Origin: an uncultured Actinomycetes bacterium
GTDB lineage: Bacteria; Actinomycetota; Thermoleophilia; Solirubrobacterales; Solirubrobacteraceae
Length of the DNA: 64,000 bases
Direction: 5' to 3'
Assembly (NCBI GenBank): GCA_963757075.1
Contig: CAVWQN010000004.1
Coordinates: 561,792-625,791, forward strand
Positions within the stretch are counted from its first letter, which is position 1. The number at the start of each line of letters is the position of its first letter. Under the pieces are notes generated by a model that was not told the origin of the DNA, did no database searches, and saw only the letters and a list, made by a program, of their open reading frames with translations. Below are positions 42,349 to 52,036 of the stretch, in pieces. Position numbers and translations under genes: made by a program.

Positions 42349-43414
42349 CGAGCGTCAGTCTAAGCGCGGCGACGACGCGTTCCCCGGCCAGGCCGTCGCC
42401 GTACAGAGGCGGGCGATCCGCCGCCGGCTCTCGCTCCAGCGCCGCCAGGGCACGTGCCGGATCAAGATCCACCAGCACATTCCAGCCGCGCTCCACCGTC
42501 TCCGTCCACTCGGTGCTCGATCTGAGCGTCAGGCACTGGACGCCGGCGAGGTAGGCCTCCTTCTGCAATCCGCCCGAGTCGGTGATCACGGCGCGCGCGT
42601 TGCAAACCAGGGCCGCCAGCTCCACGTAGCCGAGCGGGGGCGCCACCATCACCGTTTCGGCGTCGGCCAGCCGATCGAGCAGACCCGCGGTCTGGAGGCG
42701 GTCCCGGGTTCGAGGATGGACGGGGAACACCAACGGCATCGGGATCGCGACCAGCACCTCCACCAGCTCCGCCAGTCGTGCCGGGTCATCGACGTTGCCG
42801 GCCCGGTGAGCGGTGGCGACCGCGTATCGGTGCGGCTCGAGCCCACGGTCCCGGAGCAAGTCAAGGCGCTCTCGAGCGCGTGGCTGCACGGCCATCGCCA
42901 CGTCGACCATCACATCACCGACCACATCGACGGCGCCCCTCACACCCTCGCGACGGAGATTCTCTGCCGCCGCCTCAGATGAGCAGAGCAGCAGCGCGCT
43001 CGAGTGGTCGACGAGCACTCTGTTGAGCTCCTCGGGCATGGAACGGTCGAATGAGCGCATCCCGGCCTCGACGTGGGCGACCGGCACTCCGGCCTGCGCG
43101 CCCGCCAGCGCTCCGGCCAAGGTCGAGTTGGTATCGCCGTAGACCAGCACCACGTCGGGCCGGGCCTCGGCCAGCACCGGCTCCAGCGCGCTCAGCATCC
43201 GGGCCGTCTGGGAGGTGTTCGACCCCAGCGCAATTTCCAGTTCGAGTGCCGGAGAAGGCAGCCCGAGCTCGGCGAAGAAGACCGCTGAGAGCTCGTCATC
43301 GAAGTGCTGCCCGGTGTGGACCATGACCTCCTCGTGCTGGGAGCGCAGCGCCGGAGTGACGGCCGCCGCCTTGATGAACTGCGGGCGGTTGCCGATGACC
43401 GTCAGGATCTTCAA
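42341..43414 (-). CDS. Non-hydrolysing UDP-N-acetylglucosamine 2-epimerase (WecB/WbpI-like)
   Basis: VIGNRPQFIK, HTGQH, VYGDTNSTLAG, HVEAGMRS, PEELNR, HPRT, TDSGGLQKEA, LYGDG. Confidence 0.92.
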   Translation of the reverse strand: MKILTVIGNRPQFIKAAAVTPALRSQHEEVMVHTGQHFDDELSAVFFAELGLPSPALELEIALGSNTSQTARMLSALEPVLAEARPDVVLVYGDTNSTLAGALAGAQAGVPVAHVEAGMRSFDRSMPEELNRVLVDHSSALLLCSSEAAAENLRREGVRGAVDVVGDVMVDVAMAVQPRARERLDLLRDRGLEPHRYAVATAHRAGNVDDPARLAELVEVLVAIPMPLVFPVHPRTRDRLQTAGLLDRLADAETVMVAPPLGYVELAALVCNARAVITDSGGLQKEAYLAGVQCLTLRSSTEWTETVERGWNVLVDLDPARALAALEREPAADRPPLYGDGLAGERVVAALRLTLDD

Positions 43415-44214
43415 CCGCTTGCGAGCTCCGCCTGGATCCGCGCGGAGACCTCCAAGGCGACCCTCGCAGTGACCGGACTGTCGGCCGTGAAGCTGTGCTC
43501 GTCGATCGCCAGCACCGGCTGCACCTCACGCGTGGTGGAGGTCAGGAACGCCTCGTCCGCGTCGAACAGATCCTCGAGCGTGCACGACTGCTCCTGCGCG
43601 GCGGTCAAATCCACCACCAGCGCCCGCGTGATCGACGCCAGGATGTGCTCGGACAGTGGCGGGGTGAAGATGTCGCCCTCCTTGACCCAGAAGATCGAGC
43701 TGGTTGGAGCCTCGAGCACTCGACCATGCGGTGTGACGAGCAGCGCCTCGTCGGCGCCGCGCTCGCGGGCCAGCCGACTGGCCAGCATGTTGCCGGCATA
43801 GGACAGCGATTTGACTCCGTCCAGCACCCTGGTCGGGGAATAGGTGATCGACTGAAGCCGGATCCGCTCGGGAGTCTCAGACAGGGGCTCGGTCAGCAGC
43901 AGGCGGCGACCGCCCCGCGTGATGACGATCCGCAGCAGCTCATGGTCCGGTCCCGGGCCGGCGTGGGCCAGCAAGCGGTTGGCGTCGGCGCGGATGGACT
44001 CCAGGTCGAGCGGCAGCCGGAGGTTGAGCGCGGAGCGCTCCAGCCGTTTGAGATGGTTCTCCAGCGCGAACGGCTGGCCGTCGTAGACACGGATTACCTC
44101 GAATATGCCGTCGCCACGGAGAAGGCCCTCGTCGGTGGCGGGGATCCGGGCCTCGGACGCAAGCGTGATCGCGCCGTCGACCGACGCCAGGCATCCAGTA
44201 AACGTAGGGCTCAC
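43411..44214 (-). CDS. Aminotransferase class IV (D-amino-acid aminotransferase / PabC-like)
   Basis: RGDGIFEVIR, HLKRL, VKSLSY, DEALL, EAPTSSIF, ILASITR, AFLTSTTREVQPV. Confidence 0.88.
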   Translation of the reverse strand: MSPTFTGCLASVDGAITLASEARIPATDEGLLRGDGIFEVIRVYDGQPFALENHLKRLERSALNLRLPLDLESIRADANRLLAHAGPGPDHELLRIVITRGGRRLLLTEPLSETPERIRLQSITYSPTRVLDGVKSLSYAGNMLASRLARERGADEALLVTPHGRVLEAPTSSIFWVKEGDIFTPPLSEHILASITRALVVDLTAAQEQSCTLEDLFDADEAFLTSTTREVQPVLAIDEHSFTADSPVTARVALEVSARIQAELASG

Positions 44215-44226
44215 CGGCGGCGGAGC

Positions 44227-45540
44227 CTAACGCGAGGCGGGTTGACGCATCTTCGCCGCGGTGGCGTGCTCCGGCCTGGTCCACACCTCGGCCAGTCGCA
44301 CGATTGTCGCCGCCGCTGCTGCCATGTCGTGCAGGGACGCCCACTCCCGCACCGAGTGGTACTCGTGGCCTCCCGTGAAGATGTTGGGCGTCGGGAGCCC
44401 CATCTCGCTCAGCCGGGAGCCGTCTGTCCCTCCCCGGATCGGGGTGCGAATAGGCTCGAGCCCCTCGGCCCGGATGGCCGCCTCGGCGGCCTCAACCACG
44501 CCTGGGACGCCCTCGAGGTACTGCCGCATGTTGCGGTACTGGCGGCGGAGCTCGATGCCCAGCCGCGCCCGCGGCTCGCCGTCGAGAACATCGTGCGCCG
44601 TGCGCCCGAGCAGCTGCACGTGCTGCTCGAGCAGGTCCTCGTCGAAGTCGCGGATGATCGCTCTCAACTGCGCCCTGCCCGCCGTGGCCGACAACTCGTA
44701 GGGGTGGATGAACCCTTCCCGCTCTGCCGTGGTCTCCGGAGCGAGTGCGTCCGAAGGCAGCGCGGCGATCACCCGGGCCATCAGACGGACGGCGTTGACC
44801 ATCTTGCCCGTCGCGTGGCCGGGGTGGAGGTCGACGCCATCGATCGTGACCACGGCCTCGTATGCGGAGAACGTCTCATCCTGGAGCTCGCCAAGCTCAG
44901 AGCCGTCGATCGTGTAGGCGCACTGAGCCCCGAAGCGATCGATGTCGAACAGGGTGGCGCCCTCGCCGATCTCCTCGTCCGGGGTAAACGCGATCCTGAG
45001 CGACGGGCGCGGAAGCTCCGGGTGGGACGCCAGGTACGCGGTCGCCGACATGATCTCGGCGACTCCGGCCTTGTCGTCGGCCCCCAGCAGCGTGTCGCCG
45101 CTCGCGGTAAGAACGTCATGGCCGGTTTTGTCCTGGAGCTCGGGAATCGCCGCCGGATCGAGCCGCGTGCCGCCGCGCGGCAGCTCGATCACGCCGCCGT
45201 CGTAGGACCGATGGACGATCGGCTCGACCCCTGCTCCCGGAGCATCTGGGCTCGTATCCAGGTGCGCGATCAGGCCGATGGCTAGATGATCCGATTGTCC
45301 CTCGACGTTGCCTCGGAGCGTGGCGATCACGTACCCGTTGTCATCCTGCTCGGCGTCATCGAGACCGGCCTGGCGAAGCTCGTCGAGGAGCAGCCCGCCG
45401 AGCTCCAGCTGCCCCGGCGTGCTCGGAGAGCGCTCCCGCTCACGGCGTGACTGGGTGTCGATGCGCACGTAGCGCTCGAAGCGAGAGAGGACGTCGGGAG
45501 CGAGGTGCTGGGCAAGCGCGGAGGTGTAGGAGGCGGTCAC
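44227..45540 (-). CDS. pepT: Peptidase T (tripeptide aminopeptidase, M20B)
   Basis: RFERYVRIDTQS, STPGQ, IAHLDT, LLGADDKAG, FTPDEEIG, YTIDG, PIRGGTDG, TPNIFTGG. Confidence 0.93.
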   Translation of the reverse strand: MTASYTSALAQHLAPDVLSRFERYVRIDTQSRRERERSPSTPGQLELGGLLLDELRQAGLDDAEQDDNGYVIATLRGNVEGQSDHLAIGLIAHLDTSPDAPGAGVEPIVHRSYDGGVIELPRGGTRLDPAAIPELQDKTGHDVLTASGDTLLGADDKAGVAEIMSATAYLASHPELPRPSLRIAFTPDEEIGEGATLFDIDRFGAQCAYTIDGSELGELQDETFSAYEAVVTIDGVDLHPGHATGKMVNAVRLMARVIAALPSDALAPETTAEREGFIHPYELSATAGRAQLRAIIRDFDEDLLEQHVQLLGRTAHDVLDGEPRARLGIELRRQYRNMRQYLEGVPGVVEAAEAAIRAEGLEPIRTPIRGGTDGSRLSEMGLPTPNIFTGGHEYHSVREWASLHDMAAAAATIVRLAEVWTRPEHATAAKMRQPASR

Positions 45541-45600
45541 GTCGGCGGCCAGTATCGCAATCCCCGACGACGGGCTGCCGCGCTATCCGGGGTGGGCGCC

Positions 45601-45655
45601 AGAGCTAGCGACCCCCGGCGCGAAGAGCTAGCGACCCCCGGCGCGAAGAGCTAGC
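45601..45655. repeat. 23-bp tandem direct repeat (2.4 copies)
   Basis: AGAGCTAGCGACCCCCGGCGCGA at 45601-45623 and 45624-45646, then AGAGCTAGC. Confidence 0.9.
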
Positions 45656-47318
45656 CGCCGGCGAGCTGGACGGTCTTCACGACCAGTAAAACCAGCGCGA
45701 CCACCATGTACGAGCCGAGCGCGAGCATCGCGGTGTGGCGGGCGGCTGACCACTGCGGCCGCGAGAGCAGCGCGGCAGGCGGCATCGTCCACAGCTCGCG
45801 CGGAACCGCGGGAGTGCTTTCGATCACGCTCACCGCTTCCGCACTCCGGCGTCCGCGCGCCCAGTTCAGCGCGTAACCGAGCAGAACAGCCAGCAACGCG
45901 CCGGCGCCCGCGGCCGCCAGCGCCGTCACATCGACGGCCGGGAAGATCGTTGTCACTGTGAGGATCACCGACAGCAGGATCAGGGTCCCGACGATCACGC
46001 TCGCGAACGCACGCAGCCACGGGGGATTGGCCCACGGCCCGAGCACCTCGCGGTCGTTGCAGAGCATGAGCAGGAAGACGGTCGTCATCGGGAGCACGAT
46101 CCCGCAGAGCGCCTGCACCGCCTCGGTGATCACGCCCAGCGGAGCGCCGGGGATCAGCACGATCCCGCCCGCCACGACGATCAGTGCCGTGAACACCGTA
46201 TAGAAGCCCTTGGCCTGAAAGAAGCTACGGTGAAGCGAGCTCCTCGCGCCGGTGAGGTCTCCGACCACGTAGGACGTGGACAGGGTCACGGTGCCCGCGC
46301 CGATGAGCGACGCGTTGAGGAGCACCACAGCAAAGAATGCGGCCCCCACCGAGCCGATCGTGTGCCGGAGCGCGTGCGCCACCGCGCCGGCGTCCACGAA
46401 GTGCCCGAAGTAGCGCGTCCCCTCAAAGGCGAAGGCGGTGATGCAGATCAGCGCGCCGGCGGCGATGACTACGACGACTGCGCCGACGAAGGTATCGACA
46501 CGTTCGTAGTTGATCCATCGGGGCGTGATCCGCTTGTCGACGATGTTCGACTGCTGAAAGAACAGCTGCCACGGAGCGATCGTGGTCCCGACGATCGCGA
46601 TGATCAACAGGACCGCGGTGGAGGTGGCGCCACCATGAATGCCGGGGATCACGAAATGACGGAGGATCTGCCCGCCCCCTGGGTGGACCATGACAAAGAG
46701 CGGGATCACCAGCAGGTTCGCGAACACGAACAGGAACATCGAGCGCTCCCATAGCCGGAAGCTCCCGCTGGCGCTCACCGCCACCAGACCGGCGGCGGCA
46801 ACGGGCACGGAGATGTACTGGGATACGCCAAGGTAAGACAGCGCCAGGCTCACCCCGATGAACTCCGTGACGATGATCAGGAAGTTCTGTAGGAACAAGA
46901 AGCTGGCCTCGAACCACCCCCACGCGCGACCGAACCGCTCGACGATCAGCCGGCCATGGCCGACGCCGGTCACCGCGCCCAGCCGTACGACCATCTCCTG
47001 GTTGACGAGCAGGACCGGGACCAGCAGCAGCAGCACCCAAAGCAGACTGGTGCCGTAGTTCTGGCCCGCTTGCGAATAGGTGGCGACACCGCCCGCATCG
47101 TTGTCGCCGACCATCACGATCAGTCCTGGGCCGACGATCGCCAGCAGCGCGAGGATGCGCGAGCGGAGGGTGCGGTGAGACTCCTCGTGCTGCTCGATCG
47201 TGCCGAAGGCTCCGCGAATGTCTCCGGCGTGGGCGGAGTCGAGCACCGCGCGCTCGCGGGGCGTGGCCGAAGCCCGGGCCGACGGCGTGCCGACGCCGGC
47301 GGACGGCTTCGTCGTCAT
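45651..47318 (-). CDS. NRAMP-related divalent cation transporter (probable Mg2+-type)
   Basis: GPGLIVMVGDNDAGG (DPGN replaced), QEMVVRLGAVTG, GTTIAPW, about 12 TMs; RBS AGGAGG. Confidence 0.88.
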   Translation of the reverse strand: MTTKPSAGVGTPSARASATPRERAVLDSAHAGDIRGAFGTIEQHEESHRTLRSRILALLAIVGPGLIVMVGDNDAGGVATYSQAGQNYGTSLLWVLLLLVPVLLVNQEMVVRLGAVTGVGHGRLIVERFGRAWGWFEASFLFLQNFLIIVTEFIGVSLALSYLGVSQYISVPVAAAGLVAVSASGSFRLWERSMFLFVFANLLVIPLFVMVHPGGGQILRHFVIPGIHGGATSTAVLLIIAIVGTTIAPWQLFFQQSNIVDKRITPRWINYERVDTFVGAVVVVIAAGALICITAFAFEGTRYFGHFVDAGAVAHALRHTIGSVGAAFFAVVLLNASLIGAGTVTLSTSYVVGDLTGARSSLHRSFFQAKGFYTVFTALIVVAGGIVLIPGAPLGVITEAVQALCGIVLPMTTVFLLMLCNDREVLGPWANPPWLRAFASVIVGTLILLSVILTVTTIFPAVDVTALAAAGAGALLAVLLGYALNWARGRRSAEAVSVIESTPAVPRELWTMPPAALLSRPQWSAARHTAMLALGSYMVVALVLLVVKTVQLAGG

Positions 47319-47324
47319 ATGCTC

Positions 47325-47375
47325 GACCTCCTTTCTCGCCCGCTGGCCGCGGCGTCCGCGGCCGGGGAGGAGGTC
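47325..47375 (-). promoter_or_regulatory. RBS-sequestering hairpin in the transporter leader
   Basis: GACCTCCT (47368-47375) is the exact complement of AGGAGGTC (47325-47332), enclosing GGCCGCGG-ACG-CCGCGGCC. Confidence 0.65.
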
Positions 47376-47377
47376 AC

Positions 47378-47482
47378 CTACTTCCGGGGATCAGATCTCC
47401 GAGGCGCCACCGACCACGCGGCCGCGAGCCTGCTACTTCGCGGTTGCTCGTCGTTGTCTTGATATCCGTCGTGGTGAAGCAT
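47378..47482 (-). CDS. Putative leader peptide (34 aa, MLHHDGYQDNDEQPRSSRLAAAWSVAPRRSDPRK)
   Basis: ATG with SD-like GAGGT 7 nt upstream; TAG ends 2 nt before the anti-SD; extended -10 TGGTAGTCT at about 47509-47517. Confidence 0.4.
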   Translation of the reverse strand: MLHHDGYQDNDEQPRSSRLAAAWSVAPRRSDPRK

Positions 47483-47569
47483 GAAAAGCACCTCTGGTGC
47501 CAGTTTTCAGACTACCAGCGCGGTACCCCCCGGCCAACCGGGGAAACAGCCCGTTAACAGGTCCGGCCC

Positions 47570-48829
47570 TCAGCCCCGGGCCGCGCCGGCCCGCCGCCGC
47601 CACTCCTCGGGCACCAACAGCTCGAGCACGTCGTCAACAGACACCACCCCCACGGGCTTTCCGTGCTCGTCCACGACCGGCATCCCCATCAGGTCATAGT
47701 CGGTCATCAGCAGGGCTAGGTCCGGCAGGTCGGTCTCGGCCGTGACGGTCGGAAGCGGTGTCTCGATCAAGCTCGAAAGCTGTTCGTCTTCCGGCGCGCT
47801 CACGAGCTCGGCCAGCAGCACGGCGCCCGCCAGTCCCCCCGTCTCGTCCAGGACCCAAATCGTCGAGAGCTGTTCGGACTCGAGCTCGGACGTCCGAACG
47901 CGGGCGAGGGTCTCGCCCACGCGCGCGGCCGCGGGCGCCGAGAAGAAATCGGGATTCATGAGACCACCGGCCGTCGATGGGTTGTAGCCGAGAAGCGTCC
48001 TGATCTTCCGCTGCGTGACCGCCGGCAGCAGATTGAGGACGGGAACGCGGCGCTCCTGGTCCAGCTCGAGCAGCAGATCGGCCGCGTCGTCCGGCTCCAT
48101 CCGAGCGAGCACGGCCGCGGCCTCCTGGTCGGAGCGCTCGCGTATGAACTCGACCTGGTGCTCGTCGTCGAGCTCCTCGAACACGTCCGCCTCGAGCTCC
48201 TTGTCCTCGCCCACTGCGGCCATGATCTCCTCGCCCTCCTCGTGCGATGCGGCCTCGACCAGATCGGCGATCTGCGCCGGATGCAGCCGCGCAATCCGCC
48301 TGACCGGAAGCTTCAGGCGCGAGGTCGGAACGTGCCCCACGAAGGCCTCCATCTGCTCCCACGGGACGAACCGATCGTGCTCATCCTCGTGGCGCCGGAA
48401 GCGGCGGGGCATCAGGCGCCGCAGCCTGGCGCGGAAGCTCGGGTCGATCCCCGCCACCCGCCAAGTGCCGTCGCTGCAGACCAGATCGACCTCGCGTGCC
48501 TTGACAAGCCGCGCCTGATCCACATTGATCAGGCTCCGGTCCAGGATGTCAGCGCGCAGCAAGACTTCGCCCGAGCGCCGCTCGAACTGGGCCAGGTTGA
48601 GCTTCGTCGTGGCGGCGTGGGCACCCGTCTGGTCCAGCCGCTCGACCCGGTGCGAGGGGACAAACAGCTCTCGGCCGCCGATCTTGGCCTTTAAGCCAAC
48701 GAGCGGTGGGGCCCCATCGCCGAGGTCCAGCCGGGCCACCACGTCTTCCACGCGACCGAGCCGCTCGCCGGCCGAGTCGAGCAACGGACCGCCGACCAAC
48801 GAAGAGAGATGCAGGATCGCTTCGGGCAT
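47570..48829 (-). CDS. PRC-barrel + MgtE intracellular N-domain + CBS-pair protein, no TM region
   Basis: LSSLVGGPLLDSAGERLGRVED; LHPAQIADL; MEPDDAADLL; STAGGLMNP; YDLMGMPVVD...VSVDDV. Confidence 0.85.
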   Translation of the reverse strand: MPEAILHLSSLVGGPLLDSAGERLGRVEDVVARLDLGDGAPPLVGLKAKIGGRELFVPSHRVERLDQTGAHAATTKLNLAQFERRSGEVLLRADILDRSLINVDQARLVKAREVDLVCSDGTWRVAGIDPSFRARLRRLMPRRFRRHEDEHDRFVPWEQMEAFVGHVPTSRLKLPVRRIARLHPAQIADLVEAASHEEGEEIMAAVGEDKELEADVFEELDDEHQVEFIRERSDQEAAAVLARMEPDDAADLLLELDQERRVPVLNLLPAVTQRKIRTLLGYNPSTAGGLMNPDFFSAPAAARVGETLARVRTSELESEQLSTIWVLDETGGLAGAVLLAELVSAPEDEQLSSLIETPLPTVTAETDLPDLALLMTDYDLMGMPVVDEHGKPVGVVSVDDVLELLVPEEWRRRAGAARG

Positions 48830-48872
48830 CCGCCGGAGATCGACAGAAAGGCTACCGCGCCCAGCCTCGGAT

Positions 48873-49364
48873 TCAGGAAGCCAGAATCCGCGCCGCCAGT
48901 ACCGCCGCGTTGCGGGCCGAGTCGATGCCCACGCACGCCACCGGCACTCCGGGCGGCATCTGCGTGATCGACAGCAGCGCGTCGAGGCCACCGGCCACGG
49001 ACGTGCGGCTGGTGAGCGGCACTCCAATCACCGGGAGCTCCGAGTGGGCCGCCACGACGCCCGGCAGCGCGGCGGACAGTCCGGCCCCGGCAATGATCAC
49101 GCGCAGCCCTCGCATGCGAGCGTTGCGGGCGTAGTCAGCGACCTTGTCCGGCTCCCGGTGTGCCGACATGACGCGCACCTCACACCGAATCCCGCGGTCC
49201 TGCAGCTCCTTCTCCGCGGCCTCCATCGCCGGCAGGTCGCTCTTGGATCCCATCACGATCCCCACCAGCGGGGCGTCGACCGCGATCTCCTCGAACTGCT
49301 CGCTGGGCTCCGCCAACGCCTCGAGCGATCGCTCGCGCGCCGGCGCGCCTTCGCCCTCAGCCAC
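48873..49364 (-). CDS. purE: N5-CAIR mutase
   Basis: [41 protein letters not shown]. Confidence 0.95.
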   Translation of the reverse strand: MAEGEGAPARERSLEALAEPSEQFEEIAVDAPLVGIVMGSKSDLPAMEAAEKELQDRGIRCEVRVMSAHREPDKVADYARNARMRGLRVIIAGAGLSAALPGVVAAHSELPVIGVPLTSRTSVAGGLDALLSITQMPPGVPVACVGIDSARNAAVLAARILAS

Positions 49365-50613
49365 GCTCAGCCACCCTCAGCGCGATGTCTCGCCGCATTT
49401 GCTTGCCCGTAAAGTCGATCATTTCGGCGCCAGCATATGCGGCAGCCCGGGCGTCTGCCAGGTCGGCTCCGAGCCCGGTCACGTTCAGCACCCGTCCCCC
49501 GGCGGTCACCACCTCGCCCGAAGCCGAGCGGGCGGTGCCGGCGTGGGTCACGTAGACGCTGCCAGGAACGGAGTCCAGACCGGCGATCACGTCCCCTGAG
49601 GACGATGACTCCGGATACCCGGCGCTGGCGAGCACGACAGTCACCGCCGACTGCTGTGCCCAGTCGAGCTCCGCACCTTCCAGCCCTCCGCGGACCGTGG
49701 CCCGTTCCAGTAGACCCAGGAGATCGGACCGCAGCCGCGGAAGGATCGCCTGCGTCTCGGGGTCGCCGAAGCGGACGTTGAACTCGAGCACCTTCGGTCC
49801 TTCGTCGGTCATCATCAGACCGGCATAGAGGACGCCGTGGAATGGGGTCCCTCGACGCGCCAGCTCGTCGAGCACCGGCTGATGCACGGTGCGGCAGATT
49901 TCCAAGGCGCGGGCTGCGTCCACCTCGGGCACCGGCGAATAGGAACCCATCCCTCCGGTGTTGGGGCCCCGGTCGCCGTCGAAGATCCGTTTGTAGTCCT
50001 GAGCCGACGCGAGTGGAACCGCGCCGCGCCCGTCGCACAGCGCGAGCAGGGACAGCTCCTCGCCCTCCAGATGCTCCTCGACCACCACGCGTTCCGTGCC
50101 GAAACGGCGCTCGACCAGCAGCCGCTCCAGCGCCTCCCGTGCCTGGGTTTCGTCCGTGGCGACCGTAACGCCCTTACCCGCCGCCAGCCCGTCGGCTTTG
50201 ATCACCGTCGGATAGCGGTCGATCGCCCGCAGGCCCTCGCCCATCTCGGTCACCACCCGGTGAGACGCCGTCACCACCCCCGCCGCTTCCATCAGCTCCT
50301 TGCAGAACGCCTTGGACCCCTCTACCGCCGCCGCGGCGGCGCTGGGCCCGAAGCAGCGGATGCCGGCATCCGCAAGCGCGTCGGCGACCCCCTTGACCAG
50401 GGGCGCTTCGGGCCCCACGACGACGAGGTCCGCCTCCTGGTCGCTGGCCGCTCGTACGACGGCGTCGATGTCATCGGCGGCGATGTCCAGTAACTCGGCA
50501 TCCGCGGCGATCCCCGCATTGCCCGGCGCGCAGACCAGCTCGGGCGCTCTCGGGGAGCGAGCCAGGGCCTGCACGATCGCGTGCTCGCGGCCGCCGCCGC
50601 CGAGCACGAGCAC
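49357..50613 (-). CDS. purD: Phosphoribosylamine-glycine ligase
   Basis: [51 protein letters not shown]; exact start uncertain (50613-50640). Confidence 0.93.
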   Translation of the reverse strand: MLVLGGGGREHAIVQALARSPRAPELVCAPGNAGIAADAELLDIAADDIDAVVRAASDQEADLVVVGPEAPLVKGVADALADAGIRCFGPSAAAAAVEGSKAFCKELMEAAGVVTASHRVVTEMGEGLRAIDRYPTVIKADGLAAGKGVTVATDETQAREALERLLVERRFGTERVVVEEHLEGEELSLLALCDGRGAVPLASAQDYKRIFDGDRGPNTGGMGSYSPVPEVDAARALEICRTVHQPVLDELARRGTPFHGVLYAGLMMTDEGPKVLEFNVRFGDPETQAILPRLRSDLLGLLERATVRGGLEGAELDWAQQSAVTVVLASAGYPESSSSGDVIAGLDSVPGSVYVTHAGTARSASGEVVTAGGRVLNVTGLGADLADARAAAYAGAEMIDFTGKQMRRDIALRVAERG

Positions 50614-50636
50614 GCGGGGTGGTGATGCGGGTGCGT

Positions 50637-50918
50637 TCAGATCGAGCCGATGAAGTCGTCGATCGGGATGGCGCTCAGCGTCTCGTACTTCGCCGTACCG
50701 CGCGAACCGAGCTCGAGCGAGACGCGAGCGATCGTCTTCTCGTCCGGCGCCTCGACCACGTTGACGAAGTCGAAATGGCCCAGCGTCGCCCACTGGGCCT
50801 TGACGGTCGCCCCCAGCTGCTCGATCTCGCGGTTTACCTCTCTGATGCGCGAGGGGTTGTTCTTGATCGTCTGAACCCCGTCCGGTGTCAGGGTAGAGAG
50901 CATGATGTACGTGGCCAC
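50637..50918 (-). CDS. GYD-domain protein
   Basis: [31 protein letters not shown]. Confidence 0.85.
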   Translation of the reverse strand: MATYIMLSTLTPDGVQTIKNNPSRIREVNREIEQLGATVKAQWATLGHFDFVNVVEAPDEKTIARVSLELGSRGTAKYETLSAIPIDDFIGSI

Positions 50919-50955
50919 GCCGTATCCTCCTGTGCTCGTGGTTGCGAGGGCACGG

Positions 50956-51639
50956 TTGTACCCGATTCACCGGCGGCTGAGGCGCGCGGTCAGCTGCGCC
51001 GTCTGCGCGGCCGTGGCCGCGTCGGTCTGCGGTGTCCCGCCGGCACGGGCCGACCTCGGGTCTACACCTACAGTGACCACCGACCGCGCCTGTTACGTGG
51101 TCGGCCAGACGGTCCAGCTCACCGGATCGGGGTTTGACCCCTACAGGAGCTACGTGGTCTCGATCGACGGCGTCTACCTGGGCAGCAGGACCACCGACGG
51201 CACCGGCAGCTTCTCGGTTCCGCTGCATCCAGGTGGTCTGCCCGCGGGAGCCGCCGAGCACTACGACCTGCTCGAGGCCAATGACGGCACGATGAGCGCC
51301 CAGACAAACTTCACGATTACCCGCCGAGCGGGATTCCGCATCGCCAACCTCGCCGGCGCGACTAGCACCCTCACCGGTCAGTTCGTGGTTTGGGGCTTCT
51401 CGCTCAGCGGCGTCACCAGGCCGCTGTATCTGCACTATCTGACCCCGTCGGGAACGCTCCGCAAGACGACGTGGCTGGGGACGACTCGCGGGGCCTGTGG
51501 CTATCTGCGCACCGTCGTGCGTCGCGTTTTCCCGTTCACGGTGTCGGCTGGCACGTGGACGCTTCAGGTCGACACGCAGCAGACCTACTCGAGCCGACCC
51601 GCTGGACCCCGGGTCCGGATTCGCGTGACCATCCGCTGA
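50956..51639 (+). CDS. Secreted hypothetical protein (beta-sandwich-like)
   Basis: Signal-peptide-like N-terminus ending PARA; beta-rich mature part; start approximate. Confidence 0.65.
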   Translation: MYPIHRRLRRAVSCAVCAAVAASVCGVPPARADLGSTPTVTTDRACYVVGQTVQLTGSGFDPYRSYVVSIDGVYLGSRTTDGTGSFSVPLHPGGLPAGAAEHYDLLEANDGTMSAQTNFTITRRAGFRIANLAGATSTLTGQFVVWGFSLSGVTRPLYLHYLTPSGTLRKTTWLGTTRGACGYLRTVVRRVFPFTVSAGTWTLQVDTQQTYSSRPAGPRVRIRVTIR

Positions 51640-51659
51640 GCGGATAACCTCCGCTCCCG

Positions 51660-52031
51660 GTGGACGAAGGACTACCGATCGCGTATGAGGTGCTCGACAA
51701 GGGAGTGCCGGTGTACGCCAGCGGCGGAGAGCAGGTGGGGACGGTCGACCACGTCGTCAGCGCGGAGCGCGAGGACATCTTTCACGGCGTAGTGATCCGC
51801 ACCGCTTCCAAGAAGCAGTTCGTCCCCGCCGATCAGGTGGCTTCGATTCACGAGCGAGGCGTCGACCTGACCATCGACGCAGCCTCTGCGGCGGCGCTGG
51901 AGCAGCCGCACGGAGGCGCGCCGGCATGGCGGGCCAACGAGCCCGGAGTGAAGCCCAGCCGCTGGAGCGAGTTGCTGGACCGTCTCCGCCTCAGGGATCC
52001 GCACCGCAGAGACTGGTCGGAGGAGGATTGA
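51660..52031 (+). CDS. PRC-barrel-like small protein
   Basis: [25 protein letters not shown]. Confidence 0.7.
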   Translation: MDEGLPIAYEVLDKGVPVYASGGEQVGTVDHVVSAEREDIFHGVVIRTASKKQFVPADQVASIHERGVDLTIDAASAAALEQPHGGAPAWRANEPGVKPSRWSELLDRLRLRDPHRRDWSEED

Positions 52032-52036
52032 GACAT

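Noticed and set aside
43495-45285. 596-aa plus-strand ORF opposite the aminotransferase and pepT
   Set aside because: Spans two genuine minus-strand genes; shadow composition
45601-45655. Possible mini-CRISPR
   Set aside because: The repeats are contiguous with no spacers and there are no cas genes
47319-47569. M-box (ykoK) or yybP-ykoY riboswitch before the metal transporter
   Set aside because: The conserved blocks (UAGGUGAGGCUCC...GCUAAAGCUC; GGGGAGUA...AAGACC) are not present in order; reported instead as an unclassified leader
50641-51435. Apparent 270-aa N-terminal extension of PurD
   Set aside because: Overlaps the GYD gene and the antisense of a secreted-protein gene; PurD homology begins at [10 protein letters not shown]
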